NCBI GenBank assembly: GCA_018267365.1
Contig: JAFDYQ010000020.1
Span: forward strand, 1 to 64,000
DNA: 64,000 bases
Direction: 5' to 3'
Source of the DNA: Bacteroidota bacterium
GTDB taxonomy: Bacteria; Bacteroidota; Bacteroidia; Chitinophagales; LD1
Positions within the stretch are counted from its first letter, which is position 1. Every line of letters begins with the position of its first letter. Shown one piece after another: positions 18,871 through 28,922 of the stretch. The translations under genes and the position numbers were made by a program. Under the pieces are notes generated by a model. It searched no databases and was not told where the DNA came from. It worked only from the letters and a program-made list of their open reading frames with translations.

Positions 18871-19629
18871 GTGATAGAGATCAAAAATATCAAGAAGTCG
18901 TTTGGCGAGCAGCAGGTGCTGAAGGGCATATCTGCCGTTTTCAAAGAGGGCAAGTGCAACCTGATCATAGGCAAGAGTGGTAGCGGCAAGACGGTGACAC
19001 TCAAGACAATGGTCGGCCTCGTAGAACCCGACGAGGGCGAGGTGGTCTATGATGGCCGCTCCTTTACCAAAATGAACTTTAAAGAGCGTAAGTTCATTCG
19101 TCGGGAGATAGGCATGCTGTTTCAGGGGGGAGCACTCTTTGACTCTATGACGGTAGAAGACAATATCCGTTTCCCGCTCGATATGTTTACCGGTATGACG
19201 CTGGCCGAGAAAACCGAACAGGTCAATATATGCCTCAAGCGGGTGAATATGGTCAATACCAATAAAAAATATCCCGGCGAGCTGAGTGGTGGAATGAAGA
19301 AACGCGTAGGTATAGCCCGCGCCATCGTGCTAAACCCCAAATACCTCTTTTGCGATGAGCCAAACTCCGGCCTCGACCCCAAGACCTCTCTCGTGATAGA
19401 TGAGTTGATACAGCATATCACTGAGGAGTACCAGATGACCACCGTGATCAATACACATGACATGAACTCCGTGATGGGCATAGGCGACCATGTCGTTTTC
19501 CTGCACGAGGGCTATAAATACTGGGAGGGCAATAGGGAGGAGATCATGCAGATCACCGAGGGTGAACTTTTCGATTTTATATTTGCCTCCGACTTTTTGA
19601 AAAACCTCCGCCGCAATGCCAAGGTTTAA
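18871..19629 (+). CDS. mlaF: ABC transporter ATP-binding protein, MlaF-like
   Basis: Walker A GKSGSGKT, ABC signature LSGGMKKRVGIARA, Walker B LFCDEP. GTG start. Confidence 0.8.
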   Translation: MIEIKNIKKSFGEQQVLKGISAVFKEGKCNLIIGKSGSGKTVTLKTMVGLVEPDEGEVVYDGRSFTKMNFKERKFIRREIGMLFQGGALFDSMTVEDNIRFPLDMFTGMTLAEKTEQVNICLKRVNMVNTNKKYPGELSGGMKKRVGIARAIVLNPKYLFCDEPNSGLDPKTSLVIDELIQHITEEYQMTTVINTHDMNSVMGIGDHVVFLHEGYKYWEGNREEIMQITEGELFDFIFASDFLKNLRRNAKV

Positions 19630-19676
19630 TTATTAATATTGTCCGTCGTAAATTGTCAACTGTTAAATAAATAAAC

Positions 19677-20561
19677 ATGTCAGTTCTCGTTAGTAAACAC
19701 AGCAAGGTGATCGTTCAGGGCTTCACCGGCAAGGAAGGTACCTTTCACGCTACTCAGATGATAGAGTACGGTACCAACGTGGTAGGCGGTGTCACACCCG
19801 GCAAAGGTGGTGAGAAGCACCTCGATAAACCTGTATTCAATAGCGTAGCCGATGCGCGCAAAGCTACCGGCTGCGATGTGTCTATCATATTTGTACCGCC
19901 TGCATTTGCTGCAGATGCTATCATGGAGGCTGCCGACGCCGGCGTAGAGCTGATCGTCTGTATCACAGAGGGCATCCCTGTGCAGGACATGGTCACTGCC
20001 AGAAACTATCTCAGCACCCGCAAATCGCGCCTCATCGGGCCAAACTGCCCTGGTGTCATCACCCCGGGCGGGGCCAAAGTGGGCATCATGCCGGGCTTTG
20101 TATTCATACCGGGCCGCATAGGCATCGTGTCTAAGTCTGGCACTCTGACGTATGAAGCAGCCGATCAGGTGGCCAAGGCCGGCCTGGGTGTATCTACCGC
20201 CATCGGTATCGGTGGCGACCCGATCATCGGCACCACTACCCGCGAGGCTGTAGAGCTCTTTATGAATGATCCTGATACAGACGCTATCGTGATGATAGGC
20301 GAGATAGGTGGCAGCCTCGAGGCAGACGCCGCGCGCTGGATCCGGGATAACGGCAATAAGAAGCCGGTGATAGGCTTCATAGCCGGTCAGACAGCCCCTC
20401 CGGGCCGCCGTATGGGCCACGCCGGTGCCATCATAGGTGGCGCTGACGATACTGCTGCTGCCAAAATGCGCATCATGCGTGAGTGCGGTCTGCATGTAGT
20501 AGACTCTCCGGCATCTATCGGTGAGATGGTAGCCAAGGTCATGAGCGGCGTAGCTGTATAA
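19677..20561 (+). CDS. sucD: succinate--CoA ligase subunit alpha
   Basis: Typical SucD sequence throughout ([12 protein letters not shown]..., [11 protein letters not shown]..., SKSGTLTYE..., MGHAGAII). Confidence 0.9.
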   Translation: MSVLVSKHSKVIVQGFTGKEGTFHATQMIEYGTNVVGGVTPGKGGEKHLDKPVFNSVADARKATGCDVSIIFVPPAFAADAIMEAADAGVELIVCITEGIPVQDMVTARNYLSTRKSRLIGPNCPGVITPGGAKVGIMPGFVFIPGRIGIVSKSGTLTYEAADQVAKAGLGVSTAIGIGGDPIIGTTTREAVELFMNDPDTDAIVMIGEIGGSLEADAARWIRDNGNKKPVIGFIAGQTAPPGRRMGHAGAIIGGADDTAAAKMRIMRECGLHVVDSPASIGEMVAKVMSGVAV

Positions 20562-20589
20562 ATAGATCTATCACCTAAAACCAATACAC

Positions 20590-21000
20590 ATGAGACTATC
20601 TATCATCTTAGGCGTTTTGATGTCAGTCATGCTGATGTCCTGCAGCAAAACTTCTACTACCGATAATACTACTGCCTGGGTAGGCGTCTATACAGGCAAC
20701 GCCGGTGGCACCATAAATAAAGTACTTGTATCCAAAGTAGACAATTCAACACTAAAAATGGAACTACAGGTCGTGAGTGGCAGTGCTTCCTTTACCTATG
20801 TTACTTTATACAATGTACATATCAATAGCTCCGCCAGTGCGAGTGTAAATGAGAACGGGTCCATCTATGGCTACACAGACACTTATCACTTTACCGGCGG
20901 GGGATCACTCAGCGGCAATTCACTCAATCTTACCGGCTTCGGCACCAGCACAGCTAATTCTGGTGACGTGAAGTATTACAACTTTACCGGCACTAAGTAG
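20590..21000 (+). CDS. small lipoprotein, paralog family member
   Basis: Lipobox MLMSC, then W.GVYTG and a Thr/Ser/Asn-rich body. Paralogous to 21157..21618. Confidence 0.6.
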   Translation: MRLSIILGVLMSVMLMSCSKTSTTDNTTAWVGVYTGNAGGTINKVLVSKVDNSTLKMELQVVSGSASFTYVTLYNVHINSSASASVNENGSIYGYTDTYHFTGGGSLSGNSLNLTGFGTSTANSGDVKYYNFTGTK

Positions 21001-21156
21001 AAAATATAATGATTTTCAAAAAACCTCATAAACACTTGTTTGTGAGGTTTTTTATTGCCCCTCACCTCCCGCATACAAAAAAAAGTTTGTCACCTGGTGA
21101 AACTTTTGGGGTCTGGCTCACGTACATGAGCATAAGATTCAAAAAAGAAACCAGCC

Positions 21157-21618
21157 ATGAGAAAAATACTATTCATCGCCACAGTACTCTTTTCTACCAC
21201 AGCATTTATGACCAGCTGCAGCAAGTCTTCTAATGAGACTGACTACGCTACTAAATGGGCAGGCGTATATAATGATCCCAGCTCCGTACCCAATGATGGT
21301 ACCAGTACCACCGCCAGCCTCAATAATGTGATCGTCAGCAAGGTCAATGCCAGCACGCTGAAGATACAGGTCAAGGCGCTCGAGACAAACTACATCTACA
21401 CCTACGTGATCCTCAAGAATGTCTCTCTGAACGGATCTACCAAGGCTGCTATAGATGAGACTGCCGCCCTCACAGAGTCTACCGGCACCTACCATATCAA
21501 AGGTACTGTAGAGCTAAACGGTACACAGCTCACACTCAATGCTACAGCGACCAATACCGCCGCTACCAAAGAGTCAGACGTGCGCTCATTGCACTTCTCC
21601 GGCTTCTACAATAACTAA
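21157..21618 (+). CDS. small lipoprotein, paralog family member
   Basis: Lipobox FMTSC, then KWAGVYND, with the same architecture as 20590..21000. Confidence 0.6.
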   Translation: MRKILFIATVLFSTTAFMTSCSKSSNETDYATKWAGVYNDPSSVPNDGTSTTASLNNVIVSKVNASTLKIQVKALETNYIYTYVILKNVSLNGSTKAAIDETAALTESTGTYHIKGTVELNGTQLTLNATATNTAATKESDVRSLHFSGFYNN

Positions 21619-21643
21619 AATCAACCGATCAACATAGTTTTGA

Positions 21644-21679
21644 AACCACTCCTCGGCCGGGGAGTGGTTTTGCTTTTTT
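21644..21679 (+). terminator. rho-independent terminator
   Basis: aaaccactcc-tcggccgg-ggagtggttt hairpin followed by tgctttttt. Confidence 0.7.
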
Positions 21680-21796
21680 GTGCTATCAGCCGGTACGACC
21701 ATCGTGTTTGCGGGATGTTGATTTCTCAAATTATCCTGTCCGGCCTTACCATCTTTTTCTCATATTTGCGGCCATTACAAAACCGCAAAAAAGATC

Positions 21797-22579
21797 ATGA
21801 AGTCCTACACCACACTCCTCACCGAGCTCAATAATGGCGTCCTCCTCATCACCCTCAATCGCGAAGACAAACTCAATGCCCTCAATAAGGCCGTGATAGG
21901 CGATCTCAATGACGTGATGGATGAGGTATATGCCAATGCTGAGATCAAAGGCGTGGTGATCACCGGCAAAGGCAACAAGGCTTTCGCAGCAGGTGCAGAT
22001 ATCGCAGAGTTCAAAGGGCTCGACACGGACCAGGGTAAAGCATTTGCAAAGCGCGGGCATGACGTTTTCAATAAAATAGAAATGTGCCCTAAACCTGTGA
22101 TTGCAGCAGTCAATGGTTTTGCACTCGGTGGCGGATGCGAGCTGGCTATGGCCTGCCATATCCGCATAGCCAGCGAGAACGCAAAGTTCGGTCAGCCGGA
22201 GGTCAACCTGGGTATCATACCCGGCTACGGTGGCACTCAGCGCCTGGTACAGCTCATCGGCAAAGGTAAGGCACTGGAGCTGCTCATGACAGCCGATATG
22301 ATAGACGCACACTGCGCACAGAAGCTCGGCCTGGTCAATGACGTGGTGCAAACCGTAGAGCTCATAGACCACTGCAAAGGTATGGTCACAAAGATCGCCT
22401 CTAAGGCTCCATTCGCTATTGCGCAGGTGATCCAGTCCGTTTATGCCCACTTCAAGGACGGCATAGATGGCTTTGATACAGAGATCGCGCTCTTTGGCAA
22501 GTGTGTCACTACAGAAGACTTTGTAGAGGGTACGGCTGCCTTCCTTGAAAAAAGGAAAGCAAACTTTACAGGCAAGTAA
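21797..22579 (+). CDS. enoyl-CoA hydratase/isomerase family protein (crotonase fold)
   Basis: LNALN...AFAAGADI...AAVNGFALGGGCELAMACHIRIA...GQPEVNLGIIPGYGGTQRL. Confidence 0.85.
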   Translation: MKSYTTLLTELNNGVLLITLNREDKLNALNKAVIGDLNDVMDEVYANAEIKGVVITGKGNKAFAAGADIAEFKGLDTDQGKAFAKRGHDVFNKIEMCPKPVIAAVNGFALGGGCELAMACHIRIASENAKFGQPEVNLGIIPGYGGTQRLVQLIGKGKALELLMTADMIDAHCAQKLGLVNDVVQTVELIDHCKGMVTKIASKAPFAIAQVIQSVYAHFKDGIDGFDTEIALFGKCVTTEDFVEGTAAFLEKRKANFTGK

Positions 22580-22589
22580 TTACAAAAAA

Positions 22590-22626
22590 TTTCCCCGCCC
22601 GTCACCGGGCAGGGAAAACGTTTTGT
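22590..22626. terminator. probable bidirectional terminator
   Basis: aaaaaat-ttccccgcccg-tcac-cgggcagggaa-aacgttttg, lying between convergent genes. Confidence 0.5.
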
Positions 22627-22650
22627 AGCAATGAAATCTTCCTTATTGGA

Positions 22651-23847
22651 TCACTTGGCAGACGTGAACCTGCCGTGATCTATGATCTTTCCTTCTTTAT
22701 TGCTTACAGTATAGGTATACATACCATCTGCCAGTGATGAGGTCAGCGTCACTCCTATCCTGCCGTCATACGTAGCAGGCTGCACTGCCTGCACCAGCCT
22801 GCCGCTCAGATCATAGAGGCGGATCTCTGCTGCATCTGCAGTATTAGCGCTGCGGATACTAAACTGGGTACCTGTCACAGGATTGGGATACACGCCGGAC
22901 TGCAGCTGCAGGGCATCTATCGTACTGATGCCGGTAGCTACAGGCAGTGATTTGTTCATATAGGCACCGCCGGTGCTATATAGGGAGCCAAAAGTATTAT
23001 CAGTATAGTTGTATAGCATCTGGTATCCAAACTGGCCCACTGTATACAGATATTCCCTATAGTTCTCCGGACCGGATACCTGACCCTGCGTGATGCCAAA
23101 AGGTGTAGTGACAGCCGACGGAGCCGGCGAGCCATTCAGATAGAAGCTATCTACGCAGTACTCAGCACTCTTGACCGCCAGTACAGGCAGGTCGCTCATA
23201 TAGCCGCTCACAGGTGGCTCTTGTAGCGTGCCCCATCCATTCACTGTATCCATGCGTGTAAAGTAAAAGGCTTCTTCCAGTGGTGCGTGATTCAGGCTGG
23301 CCGAGGCTACACTGAGTTCCATATTGGCCACACACCGTACGGTGCTCGCCCATGAGCTGCCTGCCGTAGCGGGAAATGCCACCATATTTCTCGGCGCGGA
23401 GTAGGTGATTACATTTCCCAGTATGAAAATACTATCAGCGCTATTGCCCGTGAAAGGTCCCAGGCCAAACTGCTGCGCCGGTATGCGCATACCTATAGCC
23501 TGCACGCCTGAGGCATTGATCTCAAAGTACTGATCAAAGTAAAAACCTACTGCCGGCGTGAGGCCCTTGATATAGTTGGTCCTTTTGAATTGCGCCGTGG
23601 GGAAATCCGGATCATTTGATAGCACTATGTAATTATAAGAGACGGGAGTACCACCCGTGACTGTGGTGTAGTTCCAGGTGGCATTGGTGCCGAAGGTCGG
23701 TGCAGAGCCGATCAGGCCGGTCACATCGTTCAGGTAAACTGTGTCAGTAGGAATGAGCACATTGCTCTGTGTGAGCGTCAGGGCACTTTGACTGTAGCCT
23801 TGCAGTACGAGCGTCACTAGCAGCAGAGGAGTAAGAAGCTTTTTCAT
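22651..23847 (-). CDS. T9SS type A CTD-containing secreted protein, function unknown
   Basis: Signal peptide MKKLLTPLLLVTLVLQGYSQ (internal start; the upstream extension lacks a signal peptide). C-terminus VYPNPVTGTQFSI...IRLYDLSGRLV...GMYTYTV matches the Por secretion tail. Confidence 0.7.
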   Translation of the reverse strand: MKKLLTPLLLVTLVLQGYSQSALTLTQSNVLIPTDTVYLNDVTGLIGSAPTFGTNATWNYTTVTGGTPVSYNYIVLSNDPDFPTAQFKRTNYIKGLTPAVGFYFDQYFEINASGVQAIGMRIPAQQFGLGPFTGNSADSIFILGNVITYSAPRNMVAFPATAGSSWASTVRCVANMELSVASASLNHAPLEEAFYFTRMDTVNGWGTLQEPPVSGYMSDLPVLAVKSAEYCVDSFYLNGSPAPSAVTTPFGITQGQVSGPENYREYLYTVGQFGYQMLYNYTDNTFGSLYSTGGAYMNKSLPVATGISTIDALQLQSGVYPNPVTGTQFSIRSANTADAAEIRLYDLSGRLVQAVQPATYDGRIGVTLTSSLADGMYTYTVSNKEGKIIDHGRFTSAK

Positions 23848-24364
23848 GATGTTTAGTTTTGAATTGAAAAATAAATGGATGAGTATCTTTTTCGACAGTA
23901 CAAACGTACGCACCATTTGGCTCTCAGCAGTACTCAATAACCACTCAATTACCTTACAATCAAAAGAAATACAATGAATTAAGAGCATCTAAAAAGCATA
24001 CTCTCCACGGCTTGGTAGGATATAGGACCAGAATCATGAAAAATACGCGGAGACACCTTTTATTTATAATTTCCGCCTTGTAAACTTACTATAGCCCCGC
24101 GGCGCTGGAAACAAACGTCCGTTTAACCTAAACCCTTGATAGCGTGCCTATACTGCGATTTATTTTTGCATTTCTTTACAATTTTCAAATTACCTCCGCG
24201 TCTACTATAGCGATTGATCGATCATTCATATTTATCACAGATCAAACGCAACCCAATCATGCCTCCGTAACTCCCACGACTGACCACTCGCCTCGCGGCA
24301 GATCGTACCACTTAGACACTATAGAAAACAACATTTTCCTAACCCATTCAATTCATTCATTACT

Positions 24365-26296
24365 ATGAGCAACTTGACTATCGCGCTGATAGTAGCAGGA
24401 TCACTCCTGCTCATCAGCCTCGTTTTTTATCAATTTATTTTGAAGATCTTTTTTGGCGTCGTGATCATACCTGAGGACCGTATCGGGCTCGTCACGGTGA
24501 AGTTTGTCCTCTTTGGCGAGCATAAGAAACTACCGGAGGGCCGCATCATCGCTACACGTGGCGAAGCGGGCTTTCAGGCACAGACACTGGCACCCGGTAT
24601 CTATACAGGCTACTGGATCTGGCAGTATGATGTAGAGCTGCAGCCACTCACCGTGATACCTAACGGCAAGATAGCGCTCCTCCTGGCCCGCGATGGCCGT
24701 GAGATGCCTACAGGTCAGATACTGGCCCGCAAGGTAGAGTGCGACTCCTACCAGGATGCAGAAAAGTTTCTCAATAACGGTGGCTACAAAGGCCGCCAGG
24801 CTACCGTGCTGCAAGCGGGTAGCTACAGGATCAATACGTTCCTCTTTGAGGTGCTGGTCACTGACCTGACCATCATACATGACAATATGGTGGGTATCGT
24901 CACCACGCTGGACGGCGCTCAGATCGAGCCCGGTCAGATAGCGGGTAAAGTGATCCCTTCGCATAATAACTTCCAGGATGCAGATGCATTCCTCACCGCC
25001 GGTGGTAATCGTGGTCTGCAAGAGCAGGTCATCCTCTCCGGTAGCTATGCGCTGAACCCTTGGTTTGCCAAGATCGAAGAGGTCAGGATGACCGAGATAC
25101 CTATCGGCTATGTAGGCGTCATCATCTCCTATGTAGGTGAGGAGGGCCAGGACCTGAGCGGTGTAGAGTTTAAGCATGGCAATATCGTGGCGAGGGGCTA
25201 CAAAGGTGTCTGGGCAGATCCCCTCGGCCCCGGCAAGTATCCTATCAACCCGTTCATCATGCGCACAGAGCTGGTACCTACTACCAACCTGGTGCTGAAT
25301 TGGGCCAGCGCACGTACTGAGTCGCATCAGCTGGACAAGAACCTGTCTACTATCACCGTGCGGTCAAAGGACGGCTTCCCGTTCAACCTCGATGTGTCAC
25401 AGATCATCCACATACCCAATACGCAGGCACCTAAGGTGATAGCCCGCTTCGGTAACATGAATAACCTCGTGTCACAAGTACTGGAGCCTACCATTGGCAA
25501 CTACTTCCGCAACTCGGCGCAAGACAGTGATGTGATCGCCTTCCTCGGCACGCGCAAGGAGCGCCAGGAGTCAGCCAAGCTGCATATCGGCGCTGTATTG
25601 GAGCAGTATAACGTGTTTGGCGTAGATACGCTGATAGGCGATATCGTACCTCCTGAGAGCCTGATGAAGACCCTCACAGATCGCAAGATAGCAGAGGAGC
25701 AAAAGGTAACCTATGAGACTCAAAGACTGGCGCAAGAAACACGTCAGGCACTCGAGAAAGAAACCGCTATCGCAGATATCCAGAAGGAAATAGTGAAAGC
25801 CGATCAGGGTGTACAGATAGCCAAGCGCATAGCAGACGCAGCGGTAGAGAAAGCCACCGGTGAGGCCAACTCCGTCAGGCTCCAGTCAAACGCAGAGAGC
25901 GACAAGATGAAGATCATAGCTCAGGCAGAAGCACAGCGTACCAAGATGCTGGCCGAGGCCAACTCAGAGCAAGTACGCCTCATGGCAAACGCCGAAGCAG
26001 AAAAGATAGCCAAGACCGGCAGCGCAGAGGCTGAGAAGATCCTCGCCATCGGTAAGTCGAATGCAGAGTCTTACAAACTCTCGGTAGAGGCGATGGGTGG
26101 CAATAACTTCACCCAGCTGAAGGTGACAGAAGCCATCGGTACCAATAAGATCAAGGTGATCCCTGACGTACTCATAGCCGGCAGCGGAGACAGCGCTAAC
26201 GGCTCCATCAGCGGCCTCCTCGGCATGGAGCTGATGAAACAAATAGCCGACCGCAAACACGCCACGACCACCACAGAACCAGCCGCTGAGAAATAA
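24365..26296 (+). CDS. flotillin-family (SPFH/band-7) membrane protein
   Basis: N-terminal transmembrane segment, SPFH-like core, and a long C-terminal Ala/Glu/Lys-rich coiled-coil repeat region (AEAQRTKMLAEANSEQVRLMANAEAEKIAKTG...) typical of flotillin/YqiK. Confidence 0.75.
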   Translation: MSNLTIALIVAGSLLLISLVFYQFILKIFFGVVIIPEDRIGLVTVKFVLFGEHKKLPEGRIIATRGEAGFQAQTLAPGIYTGYWIWQYDVELQPLTVIPNGKIALLLARDGREMPTGQILARKVECDSYQDAEKFLNNGGYKGRQATVLQAGSYRINTFLFEVLVTDLTIIHDNMVGIVTTLDGAQIEPGQIAGKVIPSHNNFQDADAFLTAGGNRGLQEQVILSGSYALNPWFAKIEEVRMTEIPIGYVGVIISYVGEEGQDLSGVEFKHGNIVARGYKGVWADPLGPGKYPINPFIMRTELVPTTNLVLNWASARTESHQLDKNLSTITVRSKDGFPFNLDVSQIIHIPNTQAPKVIARFGNMNNLVSQVLEPTIGNYFRNSAQDSDVIAFLGTRKERQESAKLHIGAVLEQYNVFGVDTLIGDIVPPESLMKTLTDRKIAEEQKVTYETQRLAQETRQALEKETAIADIQKEIVKADQGVQIAKRIADAAVEKATGEANSVRLQSNAESDKMKIIAQAEAQRTKMLAEANSEQVRLMANAEAEKIAKTGSAEAEKILAIGKSNAESYKLSVEAMGGNNFTQLKVTEAIGTNKIKVIPDVLIAGSGDSANGSISGLLGMELMKQIADRKHATTTTEPAAEK

Positions 26297-26319
26297 CACC
26301 CTTACTGCTAGTATACCAC

Positions 26320-26353
26320 GCGCAGCACTCCACCAGAGTGCTGCGCTTTTATT
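26320..26353 (+). terminator. rho-independent terminator
   Basis: gcgcagcactc-cacca-gagtgctgcgc followed by ttttatt. Confidence 0.7.
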
Positions 26354-26517
26354 ATGCATCGGCTGTTACCCTCTCCTATTTTAGGAGAGGGCAGAGTGTG
26401 GTAAGGCAGCGGGTTTGCTTTGACGTACCTTTAGAGACGCATCATTATGCGTCTTCACCTGCCTCTACCGCAATAACAATCCCCTCCCCACGTTTACTCA
26501 CAGCAAAACAACCAACT

Positions 26518-27021
26518 ATGAAAAGAATAACCTTTCTGCTAGCATTCATCTCTCTCCTATCCTCTTGCAAAAAGAAATGCGACGGCTGCGGCCCTAACCA
26601 GCAGTGTGTGGACGGCGTATGTCAATGCAGACAGTGGTACGAAGGTGCCAACTGCGATACACCGATGATCAATAAATTTCTTGGCACTTTCATCGGCACG
26701 ATGTATATCAATAGTGTCAATCCTTCGCAGGATACTTTTGTATTTGAGGCGATAGGCATGCCCAATGCTACTAATCGCTCCAATGGCAACGGCTCGCTGG
26801 GTAGCAAACAGAATAGCTCTATCAGCCTGCTAACCTCGACCACAGGAGATTATTTCACTTACATTGTCCTTCCCAATCAGCTAGGCGATATCCGCAAGAA
26901 AACGGGGAAGGCTTTCATATCAGCAGATGGCCAGGATATTACACTTAGCTTTTACTGGATAAATGGGAATGGCGATGTAGACTCTAATACCCTCTCTACT
27001 TTTATTGGCACCAGGCAGTAA
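26518..27021 (+). CDS. small lipoprotein with N-terminal EGF-like Cys module
   Basis: Lipobox FISLLSSC, then KKKCDGCGPNQQCVDGVCQCRQWYEGANCD (six-Cys EGF-like spacing), then KFLGTFIG. Tandem paralog of 27032..27538. Confidence 0.65.
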   Translation: MKRITFLLAFISLLSSCKKKCDGCGPNQQCVDGVCQCRQWYEGANCDTPMINKFLGTFIGTMYINSVNPSQDTFVFEAIGMPNATNRSNGNGSLGSKQNSSISLLTSTTGDYFTYIVLPNQLGDIRKKTGKAFISADGQDITLSFYWINGNGDVDSNTLSTFIGTRQ

Positions 27022-27031
27022 AAGGACAACT

Positions 27032-27538
27032 ATGAAACACCTAACGCTTCTGCTTCTACTAGCCTCTCTACTATCCTCTTGTAAAAAGAAATGCGATAAC
27101 TGCGGGCCAAATCAGCAATGTGTAGATGGCAGATGCCGGTGCCAGCAGTGGTATGAGGGCAATAACTGCGATACCGCTATGATCATAAAGTTTGACGGCA
27201 CTTTTATTGGTCTTACATATACTAATAGTGCCAATCCCGTCACAGACACTTTTACCTTTTATGAATACATCTTTCAGCCCAATGTTGCGGACCTCCGGAA
27301 TACCGACTTGCTTGTAGGAAAAAAACAGCAAGCCAATCTATCAATAACCAGTGCAACTACTGCTGACTACATACAGACCTATGGTCCAATCCCTCAGATA
27401 TTCGTTGGCCAAAAGAAATGCGGCACAGTCCGCATCTCTGAAAATGGCCGGGATCTCACGATTATTTTTTCACCAGTCAGTATCTATGGCATCATAGATT
27501 CCAATACTCTTTATACCTTCATCGGTACCAAGCAGTAA
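27032..27538 (+). CDS. small lipoprotein with N-terminal EGF-like Cys module (tandem paralog)
   Basis: Lipobox LASLLSSC, then KKKCDNCGPNQQCVDGRCRCQQWYEGNNCD, then KFDGTFIG. Confidence 0.65.
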   Translation: MKHLTLLLLLASLLSSCKKKCDNCGPNQQCVDGRCRCQQWYEGNNCDTAMIIKFDGTFIGLTYTNSANPVTDTFTFYEYIFQPNVADLRNTDLLVGKKQQANLSITSATTADYIQTYGPIPQIFVGQKKCGTVRISENGRDLTIIFSPVSIYGIIDSNTLYTFIGTKQ

Positions 27539-27540
27539 AA

Positions 27541-28254
27541 TTGCAACCTACAGCAGCCATAAAAACCTATCTGAATGACCTCCTCCTACTGGCATTCCCG
27601 GACAACTGTCTGCTCTGTACCAATCCCCTCATGACCGATGAGAAGGACATCTGCTACAGCTGCATTGGCCGCCTGCCGGAGACCGGCTATCACCTTACCG
27701 CAGACAATCCCGTAGCCCAGCACCTCTGGGGCCGCGTACCACTGGCACATGCAGCCTCCTACCTCTACGTGCGTGATGGCAACGTGACCCAGCAGATGAT
27801 ACACCTCCTGAAGTACAAAGGCAAGAAGAAAGTAGGCATCAAACTGGGCCGCCTCTACGGTTACAAACTCAAAGAGCAAGGCAACCACTATCCCAAGATA
27901 GACCTCATAGTTCCCGTACCGCTCCACATCAATCGCCGGCGCCAGAGAGGGTACAACCAGTGCGATCTCTTCGCACAGGGTTTATCAGAGATACTCGAAG
28001 TCCCCTACGAACCCAGTGTCCTCACCCGCGTCATAGAAACAGTTTCCCAAACCAAGCACTCCCGCTACGAGCGCTGGGGCAACGTAGCAGGCATCTTCCA
28101 CCTCGCACAACCCGAAAAAATAGCGGGCAAAAATGTACTCCTCGTAGACGACGTCATCACCACCGGCGCTACCATAGAGTCCGCAGCAGCAACATTGTTA
28201 GAAGGAGAAAATGTAACATTAAGCGTAGCGACTATCGCGACTGCGGGTAGATGA
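27541..28254 (+). CDS. ComF family protein (phosphoribosyltransferase domain)
   Basis: N-terminal Cys pairs (CLLC...CYSC), PRTase motif VLLVDDVITTGATI, and PVPLH. Putative TTG start 2 nt after the upstream stop; the start is uncertain. Confidence 0.65.
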   Translation: MQPTAAIKTYLNDLLLLAFPDNCLLCTNPLMTDEKDICYSCIGRLPETGYHLTADNPVAQHLWGRVPLAHAASYLYVRDGNVTQQMIHLLKYKGKKKVGIKLGRLYGYKLKEQGNHYPKIDLIVPVPLHINRRRQRGYNQCDLFAQGLSEILEVPYEPSVLTRVIETVSQTKHSRYERWGNVAGIFHLAQPEKIAGKNVLLVDDVITTGATIESAAATLLEGENVTLSVATIATAGR

Positions 28255-28256
28255 TG

Positions 28257-28895
28257 TCAACGCCTAAAACCATAGAATGCCCCTTGGCTGATTTGAGGAT
28301 TTCCATTCTGCTGTTGTACTACCATAGTATATTGCATGTTGACAATACTATCACTATGCAAAAATGAGCCGTTGCCATTCAAATACAATTGGGAATCGCT
28401 ATAATGAAAAGTAAAAGAATCATGCTCAGCAAATATCCCATTCACCACCACATATCCTAGCACAAAAGCATAGCCGCGAATGGTAAATTCACCCCGGCCT
28501 CGCCCCTCAAAACGCATAGAATCAGTATTACTTCCTGAGGTAAAATATCGCCATGGTAGACCTGCAGGAATAGCTGAATTTACTTTTATTAGTTTGGTTA
28601 TCGAGTCTGACTGACCGGCGTTAGAAGCCCGGAGGGTCACGGCATAACTTCCACTCCTGGAAAAAACGTGTGTAGGATCAGGCAAGCGGCTAGAAGCTCC
28701 ATCACCGAAATCAAATAAGAAGGAGTCCGCATTTACAGAACAGTTACCGATGATCAATGTATCCCCCACATATAACGTATCTATCGGCACATTAAAGCAA
28801 GCAGTCAAAGGGCCCTTTAATCTGTTGCTTTCAGGCTGCTTTTTGCAAGCAAAAAGCATGGTGGATATACAAAGAAAAATAGCAAATCCTCTCAT
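28257..28895 (-). CDS. PKD-domain lipoprotein
   Basis: Lipobox MLFAC. PKD-like signature FDFGDGASS...HVFSRSGSYAVTLRASN. Confidence 0.6.
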   Translation of the reverse strand: MRGFAIFLCISTMLFACKKQPESNRLKGPLTACFNVPIDTLYVGDTLIIGNCSVNADSFLFDFGDGASSRLPDPTHVFSRSGSYAVTLRASNAGQSDSITKLIKVNSAIPAGLPWRYFTSGSNTDSMRFEGRGRGEFTIRGYAFVLGYVVVNGIFAEHDSFTFHYSDSQLYLNGNGSFLHSDSIVNMQYTMVVQQQNGNPQISQGAFYGFRR

Positions 28896-28922
28896 AGTAA
28901 AGTTTTCACTTGAAAAAAAACA

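Noticed and set aside
19680-20495. 271-aa minus-strand ORF overlapping sucD
   Set aside because: Fully antisense to the highly conserved sucD gene, with no motifs.
21746-22450. 234-aa minus-strand ORF overlapping the enoyl-CoA hydratase gene
   Set aside because: Antisense shadow ORF. The crotonase reading frame is strongly supported.
24530-25327. 265-aa minus-strand ORF inside the flotillin gene
   Set aside because: Antisense to the SPFH domain coding region.
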